Sequence record: NC_024124.2
DNA from: Escherichia phage vB_EcoM_JS09
Direction: 5' to 3' (one strand)
DNA: 64,000 nucleotides
Part shown: positions 1 to 13,948 of the stretch, in pieces
Layout: each line of letters begins with the position of its first letter
Numbering within the stretch: the first letter of the stretch is position 1
Notes under the pieces: model-generated
Told to the model about the DNA's origin: nothing
Databases searched by the model: none
The model's input: the letters and a program-made list of their open reading frames with translations, nothing else
Program-made: the position numbers and the translations under genes

Positions 1-296
1 GCGAGCCATTCTTTTGCAAGATGGTCTAGGAATTTAGAAGCTTGTTCAGCCAATTTTTTATCAGCTTTCTCTTCAGCATCTTCTTTAGCCTTTTCAACTT
101 CTTCTTCGGCTTTTTCGGCGATGGCTTTGATATGAGATTCAGCCAGTTTGACTGCTTCCTGCTTAACGGTGGCTTCGAATACAGTGCTGAAATTAGCTTT
201 AACGTCCGGAGACAGTTCTACTGATTCGAAAACACTATTAAGAGCAACTGAAGTCTCGATGTTCTGAGCTTCTTTCAAAAGTTGTTCTTTGATCAT
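1..296 (-). CDS. 22: prohead core scaffold protein gp22, N-terminal part (gene runs off window edge)
   Basis: Minus-strand translation from ATG at 296 gives MIKEQLLKEAQNIETSVAL..., matching T4 gp22 N-terminus as recalled; lies downstream of gene 21 as in T4. Confidence 0.8.
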   Translation of the reverse strand, partial: MIKEQLLKEAQNIETSVALNSVFESVELSPDVKANFSTVFEATVKQEAVKLAESHIKAIAEKAEEEVEKAKEDAEEKADKKLAEQASKFLDHLAKEWL

Positions 297-329
297 TTTA
301 GTGTCCTGTGGTTTAGATTACATTATTAT

Positions 330-971
330 TTATAATGCTTTTAAACTCTCTGCGAGAGCTTTAAATGCTTCATCAGCACTGTTTTTGGTGGTTTCCACCG
401 AATTTTCTGATTCTGATATTTGTTTAGGAGTAACCCAAGCATCTGGAGCAGAAGGTCCCCATACGGCATCTACGCCGACGGTTAATTTAAATCCTTCGTT
501 CACGATACGGTACCCTTTATTGGTGTCGGTTAAAGAACCAAGACCACGAGAGGAAACACCTGGAATCCAACCAGCTCGTATATTAGCAGCTAATTTATCG
601 CCGGGACCATGGTCGCCTTCAATAATTCTAGCACGTCCATATACATCGTTTCCTTTCCACCACATATCTTCAATAATGATAGCGGCTTGCATAGGGTCAA
701 CATTTGCACGAGGTGGATGGTTTAATTCTCCAAGGGCTTGTTTGGTTGCGACTTGTTCTTTAATATAGTCACTTACTGCTTTTTCCAAAACGCGTTTAGG
801 ATATAAACGTTTATTTCGGTTAACAACCTCTGCCTGAAGAAAAATACCTTCTATATAAAGCCCTGGTTTTAAGCCAGAATCTTTTCCATCATGAGATTCC
901 AACATTGGAACGCCATCAATAATCTCACCGGGTTGACCCCAAGTTTCAATAAGTAACTCGGGTTTATTCAT
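330..971 (-). CDS. 21: prohead core protease gp21
   Basis: 213 aa; [31 protein letters not shown]... near-identical to T4 gp21 as recalled. Confidence 0.95.
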   Translation of the reverse strand: MNKPELLIETWGQPGEIIDGVPMLESHDGKDSGLKPGLYIEGIFLQAEVVNRNKRLYPKRVLEKAVSDYIKEQVATKQALGELNHPPRANVDPMQAAIIIEDMWWKGNDVYGRARIIEGDHGPGDKLAANIRAGWIPGVSSRGLGSLTDTNKGYRIVNEGFKLTVGVDAVWGPSAPDAWVTPKQISESENSVETTKNSADEAFKALAESLKAL

Positions 972-1396
972 TAGCTTAATCCTAATGCTTTACGACGTTT
1001 AAGAGCCTTTTTACGCTTACGCAAGCCTTTAACTTGGCCTGAAGGGTTAGCTTTTTTAGCTTTAACGACCTTACGAGCGATTTGTCTACGTTTTGCTTTA
1101 GAAAGACCAGTGGTTTGGAACGCGTTACGTTCACGAGTTTTACGGTCTTTAGTGCGGGTGACTTCACCACGAGAAGAAACATGTTTAACGATAAACTCAT
1201 TTAACTGTTCTTCATTAATAATGGAAGCCATTGCAACAGCTAAATCCGTTTCAGTTTCAAGCATGTTCTCGATAATAGTATTTATATCGTCAATATCGAG
1301 AGCAGAAGACAATGCATCGATTCGGCCCTGTGCTTCAGGAATAAGTGCTTCGACATTTTCGAGTACCAATTCATAAGATTCAGGGATAAGATACAT
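971..1396 (-). CDS. 68: prohead core protein gp68
   Basis: 141 aa, basic C-terminus; T4 position between 67 and 21. Confidence 0.85.
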   Translation of the reverse strand: MYLIPESYELVLENVEALIPEAQGRIDALSSALDIDDINTIIENMLETETDLAVAMASIINEEQLNEFIVKHVSSRGEVTRTKDRKTRERNAFQTTGLSKAKRRQIARKVVKAKKANPSGQVKGLRKRKKALKRRKALGLS

Positions 1397-1632
1397 TATT
1401 CATCGTCCTCATCATCTTCGTCTTCGTCGTCATCGCCTTCATCAGCGTCGTCTTCCGAAGCTTTAGCTTTCTTTTCTTCTTCAGGTTCTTCGCCTTCAAT
1501 TAAAAATTGAGAAGCGATTTCTGCTTTGCGTGCTTCAATCAAACGAACCGTTTTTTCTGCCATTGCACTTTCAAAAAACTTTCGAGTAGCAACGAGGTCG
1601 TTTGATTTAATAGCTTGAATTAAATCGTCCAT
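1396..1632 (-). CDS. 67: prohead core protein gp67 (acidic C-terminal tail)
   Basis: 78 aa, poly-D/E tail; T4 position between 20 and 68. Confidence 0.8.
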   Translation of the reverse strand: MDDLIQAIKSNDLVATRKFFESAMAEKTVRLIEARKAEIASQFLIEGEEPEEEKKAKASEDDADEGDDDEDEDDEDDE

Positions 1633-3203
1633 TAAAAATCCTCTTGTTCTTGGTCGGGGTCTTGGAAACGAGCCTCTTTCGACTCTTCTTCAATTTGCTT
1701 AGCCTCTTGTTCAATTTCCTCGTCAGACATCTGAAGAATATCTTTCATAGCTGTTCTGTGAGAAATATATTTACCAATAAATGGTTCGGCCATCTGAAGC
1801 ATATTAATGCGGCGCTCCAGAATCTCAGCATCCTTTAATTCCGAGAAATAACTATCCCGATGAAATTTTATCTTAATATTATTTATTTCATCATTCCACT
1901 CATCTTCTGTAATAATTCCTTTAAGAATTAAATTAGTTTTAAGCGGGTCTAGGAATATCTCTTCAAATTTATGTTGCAGCTCACGAATAAATTTACCAAA
2001 CGACAATTCATCTCGTGTAATAGAAGTACCAGCATCAAACTGTATACCACCTTGGTCACTTGGAATACGGGTAATAGGAATACGTAAAGCCATATAAAGC
2101 GCATTACGGAACCAACGTACATCTTCCATATTTCCAGTATTATCTGCACCTGGTAATGTATCAACTTCTGTTACTGCTTTACCATCACGTCGTTGTAACC
2201 AATAATCTTCGGTCATCGACATAATATGCTGCTGGTTTTTAATCTTACCTGTAGTAGCATCATATGCAATACGGTTTTTCATCGTATTCATAACATGTTG
2301 CATATGTTCTGCTGCTTTTCTTGAAGGCATATTACCTGTATCAACGTACCATACACGACGATCTGGAGCACGAGTAATACGATAAATTACAACGGCATCT
2401 TCAAGAAGTTTTAATTGGTTCGCCGGCTTAATAGCCCGATGCAAATAACCAATGATATTTTTACCACAACAATCAACTAAACCAGAATGGGCATAAACAA
2501 TCGCGGCTTTAGGGATTTTTATTTTTGTGCCAGCTTCATATATGCGACCATCACAAGCATAAGATTCGTGTGATGTGTCATAAATGAAATATTCTTTATA
2601 ACCCTTGACTATTTTAACACCGGCTTCAGTGGTTGTAATAACTTCACGGACATATTGAACTTGGCGTGGGTCTAAACGACGAAGCTCTTTAATACCTTCT
2701 TTAGGGCGTTTAGGGTCAATAATTTTATGGAAGAAAATTCGAGAATCTACATACCAACGCCTAAAATGGTCTGAACCTTTACGTTGGAAAGATAAATGAT
2801 TCAACACTTCGTTAAATTCATCCAACATCATTGATTTTATATTTGGACTAAATTTTGTGTTGTCTAAATTTATAGAAACGACTTCTGTATCATCTTCATA
2901 TACGATAGCATCGGAAACTATTTCAGAGACTGCATTATCCACTTCATAGTTCGTCATCAAATTTCGATACGTATCGATTAATTCACGGGTTGATTTGAGC
3001 CCTGGTTCTTGACTACCAAACATTCTCTGAAACATAGCATTATATGTTTGCTGTGCTTCATTTTCAGATACTTCGTATTCTTTAGCACCATCGTCTAATT
3101 TTGGTGTAGTGATAGATTCTAAATTTTCTTTTTCTTGGTCTTTGTAATCACGTTCGTCCATTTTTGCCCATGGAGCAAACAAACTTAAGATATTAAATTT
3201 CAT
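1632..3203 (-). CDS. 20: portal vertex protein gp20
   Basis: 523 aa; size and sequence match T4 gp20. Confidence 0.95.
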   Translation of the reverse strand: MKFNILSLFAPWAKMDERDYKDQEKENLESITTPKLDDGAKEYEVSENEAQQTYNAMFQRMFGSQEPGLKSTRELIDTYRNLMTNYEVDNAVSEIVSDAIVYEDDTEVVSINLDNTKFSPNIKSMMLDEFNEVLNHLSFQRKGSDHFRRWYVDSRIFFHKIIDPKRPKEGIKELRRLDPRQVQYVREVITTTEAGVKIVKGYKEYFIYDTSHESYACDGRIYEAGTKIKIPKAAIVYAHSGLVDCCGKNIIGYLHRAIKPANQLKLLEDAVVIYRITRAPDRRVWYVDTGNMPSRKAAEHMQHVMNTMKNRIAYDATTGKIKNQQHIMSMTEDYWLQRRDGKAVTEVDTLPGADNTGNMEDVRWFRNALYMALRIPITRIPSDQGGIQFDAGTSITRDELSFGKFIRELQHKFEEIFLDPLKTNLILKGIITEDEWNDEINNIKIKFHRDSYFSELKDAEILERRINMLQMAEPFIGKYISHRTAMKDILQMSDEEIEQEAKQIEEESKEARFQDPDQEQEDF

Positions 3204-3231
3204 TGTATTCTCCGAATGGGAATTATAGTTA

Positions 3232-3239
3232 TATTTATA
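3232..3239 (-). promoter_or_regulatory. T4-type late promoter TATAAATA upstream of gene 20
   Basis: Plus strand reads tatttata, about 25 nt upstream of gene 20 start. Confidence 0.6.
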
Positions 3240-3287
3240 TGGACTTCTCCGTCATCACGGGAAGCTGGGGATTTCTCCCCAACCAGA

Positions 3288-3779
3288 TTATTCCCACCAA
3301 TCAAGAGCAAGAGTTACTTCGAACGTTTCAATCTCGTTATTGCTGTCCCAGTCAAGAGATACTTCGCCAACGTTAGTAGGCCACAAGCCGACAATTTCAA
3401 CTTCTTTAGTGACCGTTTTAGCATCACGAGCAAATTGACGAACGATAGCAGTCTTTTTATATTCAGCAGGTTTACCACCGGTAATTTCATTACCTTGTCC
3501 TGCTGCAATACCTTGCCAATCAACAAATTTCTGACGAATGCTATGAGCATCATCGTTCATTACTGTAATAGTCCAATCATCGAATGTACGATCACCGGCC
3601 ACGTTAATTTTACGGTTCATATAAGAAACAGGAACCTTTTCAACGATCGCAGCAGGAAGAGCCGTAGCACGACACTGGAAGCTAAAGTTTTGCCCAAGAT
3701 AAGAGATTTCTACTTCGAACAGGTTAGGGCGAGCGAAATCACCTGATTCGAAGGCACGAGTTACGTCATCTACAAACAT
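3288..3779 (-). CDS. 19: tail tube protein gp19
   Basis: 163 aa; matches T4 gp19 size and sequence. Confidence 0.95.
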   Translation of the reverse strand: MFVDDVTRAFESGDFARPNLFEVEISYLGQNFSFQCRATALPAAIVEKVPVSYMNRKINVAGDRTFDDWTITVMNDDAHSIRQKFVDWQGIAAGQGNEITGGKPAEYKKTAIVRQFARDAKTVTKEVEIVGLWPTNVGEVSLDWDSNNEIETFEVTLALDWWE

Positions 3780-3851
3780 ATTAGCCTCTGTAGTAATATG
3801 GGCTTAGGATTAACCTGATGCCCATAGAATTAATTTTTAAACGATATAATA

Positions 3852-3859
3852 TATTTATA
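3852..3859 (-). promoter_or_regulatory. T4-type late promoter TATAAATA upstream of gene 19
   Basis: tatttata on plus strand; flanked by hairpin atgggcta-ccgaaa-tagcccat at about 3859-3880. Confidence 0.55.
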
Positions 3860-3880
3860 TGGGCTACCGAAATAGCCCAT
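3859..3880 (-). terminator. 8-bp-stem hairpin downstream of gene 18
   Basis: Inverted repeat atgggcta / tagcccat with 6-nt loop immediately after gene 18 stop. Confidence 0.45.
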
Positions 3881-3891
3881 CAGGCGTCTTA

Positions 3892-5874
3892 TTAACCACC
3901 TACAGCACCAATTAGTTCGTCGAAATCGGCACCAGTTGCTGTTGCTACAAAGTTCAACGTAATATAATTTATCGAGCGGGCAGGTTGTAAGTAGAAAGTA
4001 GCTACAAATTCATTACGGTCGATAACTGCTGGGGTGTTATTGGTAGTATCACAAACAACTTTAAAGTTATATACACCGCCGAGAGCTTTAATACCCTGTA
4101 GATATTGAGAAGTCTCTGTACGGAAAGAAGAACGGGTGAATGCGTTGTTCAATTCAAACAGGCGATATTTGGATGCTGAACCAATGTTCGTTTTAACCAT
4201 ATTGAACAAACGACGAACGTTAATACGGTCAAATGGTGAAGGAACAGAAGTGGCAGTTTTATCACCGTACAGAACATACCCATCACCACCGGTACCAGTA
4301 ACAGGGTTAATAGCTTCTTGATACAAACGATCACGCTGTGGTTGGCGAGTTTCAATTGCAAGCTTAATAACGTTAAGAATTTGACCACGGTTATAACCAG
4401 CAGGAGACATCCAAGGCTGAGAAATATTGTCTGTGCGAGCACAAAGACCAGCAATATCAGCAGCTAACGGAACCCAACGATTCACATCATTATATTTGTC
4501 ATATTGATATTTATAGTTACCGTCAATAGCCGCGTAAGTAGAACTTACATTAAAGTTATTATCAGTGTAAGTTCCTGACGCAGTACGCCAATCAACCAGA
4601 TTATCAACTGCACGATTAACAGGAATACCGACTATAGTTGCACGTGGCGGTGAGCAAAGAACCAAGCAATCTTGGCGAGAATCACCAATTGCTACAACAT
4701 GTTTCTGAACTGTAGAAGCAACTTCTAAAGATTCACCTGCACAAGAACCGGCAATAAACAACTGCGCATTAACAGATTCGCGGTCAGCAAACAAATCCCA
4801 AGCTTCCATTAAATCACCAGCGTCAACCGTTTCATTAGATGATAAGCCGCCACCCAGTTTGATTACGCCAGAGAAACCTTTTGGCCAACCTTGTGCAGTA
4901 GCGAAAATATAATTGCTTGCGCCTTTAGCAAAGAAATCATCAATAAAGATATTACTACCATAAATATCGCGTTCACCACGTTTAGTAGAAAGAATTACGC
5001 TCTGAACTACAGCATCGTTACGACGAACGATAATTGCATATTGGTCATCAGTTTGTGGGCCATACCCAAAGATTGCTTTAGCAGTAGATGCACGAGTACC
5101 ACCATCAGGATAAATTTTTAACTGGGCTGAAGCACCTTTGTCATAGTCTGCTTTAGATACGATTTCAATTTCGAGCTGGTCGCCAAGTTCACCAGGATAA
5201 AGAGCAACTACGCCTGGGACACCATATTTTTTAATAGATTCTTGGAAAGTTAGAGAAGTAATAGCTTCTTCAGAAGTTTCAACTTCAGTTAACAGAATAC
5301 CTGAATCGGTTACGATAGAACCAATTGTAATAACGCCAGAGAGTCCAGAAGAAGAACTGGCAACTTCGGCGGTCCAGTTAGAACCCAATGCCGGATATTC
5401 ATTAATTTCTTTTGCACGAGCAATAATTTTACCGGTTGGGATATAAATGTTAAGAATTTTACCATCGACATCAACTGAAGTGACATAACCATCTGCTTCA
5501 ACAGTTTCGGTCAAATACTTAACGATAATTTTATCACCAACTGCATAGTTACTACCAGCAGCAGAGATTGTGAATTCAATATTGCCTGCTACAGGAGATG
5601 AGTTCTTAGCAGTATCACGATCAACTGCGCGTACAACACGAAGGTCATTACCATATTGAAGGAAGTTCATAGCAGACATGAAATAATCTGCTGTATCTGT
5701 ATTAGGAGTACCAAACATATCAACTAATGCAACTTCATCAGTGATTTGTTTAATCTGGAATGCAGGTCCCCATTGGAATTTTCCAGCCAGGGCAGCAGTA
5801 CCAGTGGAGTTATTAACTACAGTACTCTGTACGGTAGTTTCTTTGAGCTCAACGCCCGGAGAGAGAAGTGCCAT
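3892..5874 (-). CDS. 18: tail sheath protein gp18
   Basis: 660 aa; MALLSPGVELKETTVQSTVVNNSTGTAALAGKFQWGP... matches T4 gp18. Confidence 0.95.
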   Translation of the reverse strand: MALLSPGVELKETTVQSTVVNNSTGTAALAGKFQWGPAFQIKQITDEVALVDMFGTPNTDTADYFMSAMNFLQYGNDLRVVRAVDRDTAKNSSPVAGNIEFTISAAGSNYAVGDKIIVKYLTETVEADGYVTSVDVDGKILNIYIPTGKIIARAKEINEYPALGSNWTAEVASSSSGLSGVITIGSIVTDSGILLTEVETSEEAITSLTFQESIKKYGVPGVVALYPGELGDQLEIEIVSKADYDKGASAQLKIYPDGGTRASTAKAIFGYGPQTDDQYAIIVRRNDAVVQSVILSTKRGERDIYGSNIFIDDFFAKGASNYIFATAQGWPKGFSGVIKLGGGLSSNETVDAGDLMEAWDLFADRESVNAQLFIAGSCAGESLEVASTVQKHVVAIGDSRQDCLVLCSPPRATIVGIPVNRAVDNLVDWRTASGTYTDNNFNVSSTYAAIDGNYKYQYDKYNDVNRWVPLAADIAGLCARTDNISQPWMSPAGYNRGQILNVIKLAIETRQPQRDRLYQEAINPVTGTGGDGYVLYGDKTATSVPSPFDRINVRRLFNMVKTNIGSASKYRLFELNNAFTRSSFRTETSQYLQGIKALGGVYNFKVVCDTTNNTPAVIDRNEFVATFYLQPARSINYITLNFVATATGADFDELIGAVGG

Positions 5875-5901
5875 TTTAATTCCTCTTAATTTGCTTTATT
5901 T

Positions 5902-8218
<2,317 letters not shown>

Positions 8219-8227
8219 ATTTACCTC

Positions 8228-9052
8228 TTATTGTTTTCTAGGACCAGGAGGGGTTGGTGGAGTCGGGATTGGAATATCATGAGTATAAGTTTGTTCAACT
8301 TCGCCATTCCAATCTTGTGCTTCAACGTCTCTCGGTTTAATTTCTGTATCAACTGATTCAAAAACACTGGCGGCTGTTTGAAGGTCTCGTTCGTTAGCAT
8401 GAAAATCAAGATAAGTCGTTTTAATAAGGCCTTCAGCTGCGCCTACCGGAGGATACATCCATCCATTTACTTCAAATGTTAATGACCACTCTAAACGTCG
8501 ACGGGATAAATTATCACCGTCTATTTGTTCATCCATTGCTGCTGCCATCCATACGACTTTAATATCCCTTTCAAATGGAATATCCTGCCCATATTGCTCA
8601 ATCATAGTCGTATTAAAATGCGGCTGAAAATATGGAATAATTTGCTCAACGATTTGGAACATATCATCTTCATAACGAGTAAAGATGCTCAGTTCAAAAA
8701 TCATTTTAATTGGTGATGGGTTGTATTGGTCTACAATATCCTTAGTCGATTTACTCAAAAGAGAGTTATTCAATATATTCGTTTTAAACGTCGGGTTATA
8801 AACGAAATCTACCATTTGGAGATTTATACGTGGTAGAATAGTTTCGACTTTAGCCACATCTTCTTGTGAGTTTATAGAGGTCCATTTATTAAGTTTCATC
8901 ATAAAGTGCTCTTTAGATGCATACGTAATAGGAACTCTAATTAATTTATTGCCTGTAGACAATTGACGGTTAACTTGGATATTTGAAAACAAATCGCCCA
9001 TCATTGTGATATATCGCCTGAACGACGAGTTGTAAAAATAGCCAAACATCAT
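8228..9052 (-). CDS. 15: tail sheath stabiliser / tail terminator gp15
   Basis: 274 aa; T4 synteny between 16 and 14. Confidence 0.88.
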   Translation of the reverse strand: MMFGYFYNSSFRRYITMMGDLFSNIQVNRQLSTGNKLIRVPITYASKEHFMMKLNKWTSINSQEDVAKVETILPRINLQMVDFVYNPTFKTNILNNSLLSKSTKDIVDQYNPSPIKMIFELSIFTRYEDDMFQIVEQIIPYFQPHFNTTMIEQYGQDIPFERDIKVVWMAAAMDEQIDGDNLSRRRLEWSLTFEVNGWMYPPVGAAEGLIKTTYLDFHANERDLQTAASVFESVDTEIKPRDVEAQDWNGEVEQTYTHDIPIPTPPTPPGPRKQ

Positions 9053-9101
9053 TTCTCCTAACCGGCCTTTCGACCGGTGTTTGCTTTATCTTATCTATTT
9101 A

Positions 9102-9866
9102 TTAATTCATAAACCCATCGTCAAATGGTGAATTTTGTCTACCACGGTTGTTAACTACTACATACGGCTCAACGTATTCACTTGCCTCTGAATTGATTTG
9201 CTCAACTTCAGAATATTCATCGATATTAATGTCATGGATACCGTCAAGATTTCTAACAGGGTTAAGTTCCAAGTCACTAAATTCAGGTATATTGATACCT
9301 TCATTTTTCTGAAGCACCGGATTGATTTCTTCGCCAGAGTAAATAAACTTGCCTGCAGTAATTTTACGAATCGCATTTTTACCTACTTGATAGAATGGGT
9401 CATATGGTTCAACCCAGTTAATCTCAAACAAACTATTGTCCATTGGGAAGTATATTAAATCACCTTCCTTGGGCTCCTGATTGTTGACCTGGTGTTTGAA
9501 AAGACCCGGGTTAATAGATAATGTAACTTCGTCTTGAACTTGCATTCCGAAGTTGCTGAAGAAGGATTTCGCTCCTTCATAACCTTCAAAAGAGTTCAGA
9601 TATGCAGCAAATTTCCATGCTTTAGTAAATTTATTTTTAAGGTCCTCACCAAAGATAAGGTCCACGGCAACATATTCACGTGGAACATAAAAACATTCAA
9701 TACCGCGCATCTGTATGCTTTCTGCCACTAGAACATCGGCTAATGTCTGACTATTCTCATAATTATTAAAATTGACAAATGGATTGAGGATTTCAGTTTC
9801 ATTTGTCTGAGAATACCCACCACGATTTTCTAGTTTGGCGAAAAGATTTTTATCATAAGTTGTCAT
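9102..9866 (-). CDS. 14: neck protein gp14
   Basis: 254 aa; T4 synteny and size. Confidence 0.88.
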   Translation of the reverse strand: MTTYDKNLFAKLENRGGYSQTNETEILNPFVNFNNYENSQTLADVLVAESIQMRGIECFYVPREYVAVDLIFGEDLKNKFTKAWKFAAYLNSFEGYEGAKSFFSNFGMQVQDEVTLSINPGLFKHQVNNQEPKEGDLIYFPMDNSLFEINWVEPYDPFYQVGKNAIRKITAGKFIYSGEEINPVLQKNEGINIPEFSDLELNPVRNLDGIHDINIDEYSEVEQINSEASEYVEPYVVVNNRGRQNSPFDDGFMN

Positions 9867-9867
9867 A

Positions 9868-10794
9868 TTAACCTACCAAAATACCTGCAGGAGGGTCCAG
9901 TAAATATAACTCTTCTCGTAAAGCTTCTTTCTCTAAACGAGCTTCTTCAATTAATCGAACACCATCGACAGTGACGCCACCAGGTAACATCATACCTTGA
10001 TGTTTAGCAAGAATTTGTCCATTAAGCTCTTTAGCTAATGCAGTTGCATAATCTTTAACCCAGCGGTTGTTATATGCGCCTTGTTTAGTTGCAGGATCTT
10101 CACCAACTCGACGTCCGACCAAATTATGGTCTGGATTATCATAACGTTCAGAAATAGACCATGAATCACGAGGACCGACCTGTCCGTACCCTACTGTATT
10201 TCCTACCATCTTATGGGTCTCGATATAAGAGCGAACGTATGATTCAACGATAATGACATCTTTCTGTCTAAAGTTACCCATCACTTTTAATTGCTCGTTT
10301 GCAGAGTTAAACCAAAAATCTGGAAGAGGAGCAATCATATCTTGAAGCATACCCATATAAGATACTAATTGAGAATAATACCCGAGATCAGCGCCAAAAG
10401 CGTTCGGGCCGTAGAATTTACCACAATTACTACCCATACCACCTGAAACACCTGCCATTCCTAAAAGGAAATCAGTGAACCATGGATAAGTTGCATTACC
10501 ATCCATTGAAGTAATAGAGCCAACATTTGTTCTTATAATTCTTGTTACAGCAAATACGTTAGAACCGCGCATATCAAATACGCCGTGACGGTATTTTTCT
10601 TCGTCATCAACAAAAAATACATGGAAACCTTTATTCAACCCGTCAAAATGGTATTCGCCATAAAGTTCTAACGCTCGTGAAATACAATCATAAATTTGGT
10701 CTGTAGTTAATTCAACATTTACAATAGGAGCGCCTAAACGACGTAATATTACGTCCTTTAATTCTTTAGGGTTTTGTGCATTATAACCTGACAT
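9868..10794 (-). CDS. 13: neck protein gp13
   Basis: 308 aa; T4 synteny and size. Confidence 0.88.
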   Translation of the reverse strand: MSGYNAQNPKELKDVILRRLGAPIVNVELTTDQIYDCISRALELYGEYHFDGLNKGFHVFFVDDEEKYRHGVFDMRGSNVFAVTRIIRTNVGSITSMDGNATYPWFTDFLLGMAGVSGGMGSNCGKFYGPNAFGADLGYYSQLVSYMGMLQDMIAPLPDFWFNSANEQLKVMGNFRQKDVIIVESYVRSYIETHKMVGNTVGYGQVGPRDSWSISERYDNPDHNLVGRRVGEDPATKQGAYNNRWVKDYATALAKELNGQILAKHQGMMLPGGVTVDGVRLIEEARLEKEALREELYLLDPPAGILVG

Positions 10795-10805
10795 ATAAAT
10801 CCTTT

Positions 10806-10821
10806 AGGGCCCGAAGGCCCT
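10806..10821 (-). terminator. GC-stem hairpin with CGAA-type loop between wac and 13
   Basis: agggcc-cgaa-ggccct palindrome in the 30-nt intergenic gap. Confidence 0.4.
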
Positions 10822-10826
10822 TTTCA

Positions 10827-12275
10827 TTAAGCTGTAGGAAGTTCAACCCATGCACCATCTTTGCGAACATAGAATTTACCGTCTGAAGGAGCATCTTCAA
10901 TATATCCAGCTTCCTTAAGAGTTTGGATTTCAGCTTCTGCAGCGGCCAAATCAGTTTCAAGAGTAGCAATTCTAGAAGTTAAACCATTAATTGTCGTATC
11001 ATGACTTTTAACTGTAGGCAATATACCACGTTCTTCAACAGTCGAACCATTTGGGTTGGTGCCATTTATAAGAGTATTTAATGTGTTTACAGAACCCTTA
11101 ATTCCTGTGCTATTAGTCCCAACATCAGTTTGAATGTTCTGAATGTCATTACTCAGCCCACTGATAGTTCCTTCAAGCTCTCGAGTACGATAAAGCAAAG
11201 AGCCGTCTGGTTCCGGTTTCCCGCCTGAAGCGTCAACACCGACTACGTTATTTAACCATGACACATTAAAACGCAATCCTGACGAAGAATCAGAGCCGAC
11301 AACAGTGTTCAATGCTCCGATAGCATCAGTATTGAGTTTAATACGTCCTTGGATTGTAGTAGGCAAATCATCAGCGCCAATGGCAGTTTCTACTGTAGTC
11401 AAACGAGGTTTAATACCACCTGATTGATTGAGCTCAAGATTAATGTCATTTATTGCTGAACTATTTGCATTAGTTGTAGTAATAATAGAAGTCGTATTAG
11501 GATACCCAATAGACTGTTTAATGCCGTCCAAGTCAGCATTTTGACGCGACAAAGTTAAATCAATACCGGAAAGACGACTAAACACTGGAGTAGTGAAAGA
11601 AGTGCGAGGCCCCATTTCTTCGCGCAAGTGTTCAACTTCAACAGTTAAAGAGCCGACGTCAGAATCAGCAAATTTAGTTTCCAAATCAGTTAATCGAACA
11701 CCGTGGTCAACAATTACGGAGCTATTAGTCATAATACGGCGTTTCATACCAGTGCTATCATTTCCTGGAGTAGGAACCCCATTAATATCTTGACCGGTAT
11801 ATTGTCCTAATTCATTTTTAATCCAAAGCAGGTCGTTACGAACCGTTCTATAAACTGAATCTGTTTCCTGATTATAAACACCAATATCGTCAGTATTCGC
11901 ATCAATATGTTCATTCAAATCATTCAATTCACTGGCATGGGTTTGAACTGTGACTTTAATGACATCGATATCTTGGGTGTTCTGGCCTATCTGTGCAAGA
12001 GCATCAACATCCCCAGAAACATCTAAAATACCTTGAATAGCTTTGATATCTTCATTGGCCGTATTCAAAGAAGATGCTATAGTTTTAATATTAACATCTA
12101 ACGCTTCTACGTTACGTTGAACTTCAACAATAGGACGGTTCATTACACCTTCAGAACCGTATTTTGTGTCAGCACCTGTTATTTCTTCATCGTTTTTAAT
12201 CCATTCAATACGACTCTGACCCGCGTCTGGTGGGCCGTCAACATATGGTAAATCTACCAGAGTTATATCAGTCAT
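10827..12275 (-). CDS. wac: fibritin (whisker) with C-terminal foldon
   Basis: 482 aa; coiled-coil body; C-terminus GYIEDAPSDGKFYVRKDGAWVELPTA resembles the T4 foldon. Confidence 0.92.
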   Translation of the reverse strand: MTDITLVDLPYVDGPPDAGQSRIEWIKNDEEITGADTKYGSEGVMNRPIVEVQRNVEALDVNIKTIASSLNTANEDIKAIQGILDVSGDVDALAQIGQNTQDIDVIKVTVQTHASELNDLNEHIDANTDDIGVYNQETDSVYRTVRNDLLWIKNELGQYTGQDINGVPTPGNDSTGMKRRIMTNSSVIVDHGVRLTDLETKFADSDVGSLTVEVEHLREEMGPRTSFTTPVFSRLSGIDLTLSRQNADLDGIKQSIGYPNTTSIITTTNANSSAINDINLELNQSGGIKPRLTTVETAIGADDLPTTIQGRIKLNTDAIGALNTVVGSDSSSGLRFNVSWLNNVVGVDASGGKPEPDGSLLYRTRELEGTISGLSNDIQNIQTDVGTNSTGIKGSVNTLNTLINGTNPNGSTVEERGILPTVKSHDTTINGLTSRIATLETDLAAAEAEIQTLKEAGYIEDAPSDGKFYVRKDGAWVELPTA

Positions 12276-13948
12276 TATTTTACCTTAATGATATAGTTTA
12301 AAGAAATATTCCATGGGCGAGTTTCATTTCCAATTAATTCTGGACGATTCAGGGTATATTTAGAGTTACGCTGAGACGCTGGATCAATTTCATATCCATC
12401 GTTAGTAAAATACGAACGGTTATCTTCTGGACGATTCAGGGTATATTTAGAGTTACGCTGAGACGCTGGATCAATTTCATATCCATCGTTAGTAAAATAC
12501 GAACGGTTATCCCACCAGTCAAGTCCTTTACGAGTACCAACAAAGTTTGAACGACGAGTATTACCGAATGCTCCTGCATCGCCATGTTCACCAAAACCGC
12601 CAGCATGCTTATGATATGACATCTGTTGTTTTTGCACCTCACCAACATATCCACCGGTACAACCTACCGCCAGACGAGGCTTACCGAATTGGTCATTACC
12701 ATTAACATTAGGGTTAGTTAAATGGTTACCACGACCGGAGCCGCGAACAAATAATCCACGCATATCGGGCAAGCCTGGGTTAGAAGAACTACCACCATAT
12801 CGTGTCCCAATTCTGGAAGCATATACCGGACATTCTGAAGCAGAAACGGTCCCACCGTGACAGAAACGCCAGTCCGAACTCGGCAAACTATCTGCAGCCC
12901 ACATTGTAATAGCGCCAACTGGAAGAATTCGGTCTAATTCATTTTGAGTCACAATACGATTGCCTTGAATATAACCACCGGTCATATTGACATTACCCGT
13001 TATATTAGCACCACCAGAACCAACCGTCAACGTATTATTAATGCGAAGAGTGCCATTAATAGTTTGACCGCCTCGTTGGTGGATAACATCAGCATTCCAA
13101 GCAAGGGCAGAAGAACCATCACCACCTGATTGGCTACCCGCTTGTGTAGTTAAACGAACAACTCCACGTAAAGAAGTTGTAGCCCCACGCCCGTTTAATG
13201 TTGCGCCGGTCACTACAACTGAAGAGTTGTTACTATTTACTTCAGTCTGTGTCCCTAGTTTAACGACACCTTTATTAGTTTCTGATGCTACTGAATTCAT
13301 AAAGGTATAAGGTGAAATTGCATAGCCTTCACGCAGGGTGCCTTGTTGTGCTTGTGCAACTGTAGCTAAACGAACAACACCTGTAATAGATTCGGTGGCG
13401 TCACTATTATTTGGAGCAATTTGCGAAATAAGTTTAATTGCTAATTGTTGCGTTTTTAACGGAGTCATTGCCGTTGTATCGTCAGAACCAGCTAATGCCG
13501 CAGCAGAAGTTGAAATTTTAATTACACCATTTGTTGCTTCTGTTGATACTTTTGTCTGGAATACATTGTCTATTTTTTGATTCAATTTAAGCGGAGTAAT
13601 TGATGCATCGTCAATAGCTCCGGCTACTGCTTCATCTTCAGTAGCATAACGAGTTAAACCATATTGAGTTTCGGTTGCATTAGGATATTGTAGACGAGCA
13701 TTCAGTGATGCCGGAGTAACAGCTTTACTATTATCTAATCCATCAATAACTTCTTGTGGAGTGGCTATTTGAATAATTCCAGGTGTAGTAGTTGTTGCTT
13801 CCGGTACGCCATTAACACCTGAAGGAGAAATAGCAGCTAATGCGGCTTGGACATTAGTGACTGTATCTGGAAAATTCGACCCAGTAGGGTCGAATTCAAC
13901 GTAAATAGATTCATTTGAAACGTGTTGGTATGTATTGTTATTACTCAT
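12275..13948 (-). CDS. 12: short tail fibre gp12 (carries in-frame 29-aa tandem duplication near C-terminus)
   Basis: 557 aa versus 527 aa recalled for T4 gp12; C-terminal ...[20 protein letters not shown] matches T4. Confidence 0.92.
   Translation of the reverse strand: MSNNNTYQHVSNESIYVEFDPTGSNFPDTVTNVQAALAAISPSGVNGVPEATTTTPGIIQIATPQEVIDGLDNSKAVTPASLNARLQYPNATETQYGLTRYATEDEAVAGAIDDASITPLKLNQKIDNVFQTKVSTEATNGVIKISTSAAALAGSDDTTAMTPLKTQQLAIKLISQIAPNNSDATESITGVVRLATVAQAQQGTLREGYAISPYTFMNSVASETNKGVVKLGTQTEVNSNNSSVVVTGATLNGRGATTSLRGVVRLTTQAGSQSGGDGSSALAWNADVIHQRGGQTINGTLRINNTLTVGSGGANITGNVNMTGGYIQGNRIVTQNELDRILPVGAITMWAADSLPSSDWRFCHGGTVSASECPVYASRIGTRYGGSSSNPGLPDMRGLFVRGSGRGNHLTNPNVNGNDQFGKPRLAVGCTGGYVGEVQKQQMSYHKHAGGFGEHGDAGAFGNTRRSNFVGTRKGLDWWDNRSYFTNDGYEIDPASQRNSKYTLNRPEDNRSYFTNDGYEIDPASQRNSKYTLNRPELIGNETRPWNISLNYIIKVK
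12338..12511. repeat. perfect 87-bp x 2 direct tandem repeat inside gene 12
   Basis: Unit ttctggacgattcagggtatatttagagttacgctgagacgctggatcaatttcatatccatcgttagtaaaatacgaacggttatc occurs twice back to back (12338-12424, 12425-12511), encoding [29 protein letters not shown] twice. Confidence 0.9.

Noticed and set aside
289-768. Plus-strand 159-aa ORF overlapping gene 21 (and similar nested ORFs such as 3216..3746, 4149..4454, 16633..16893, 20315..20569)
   Set aside because: Nested in the opposite strand of highly conserved structural genes; no independent support.
12338-12511. Tandem direct repeat considered as a CRISPR or minisatellite array
   Set aside because: Only two units, no spacers, and it lies in-frame inside gene 12; it is a coding duplication.
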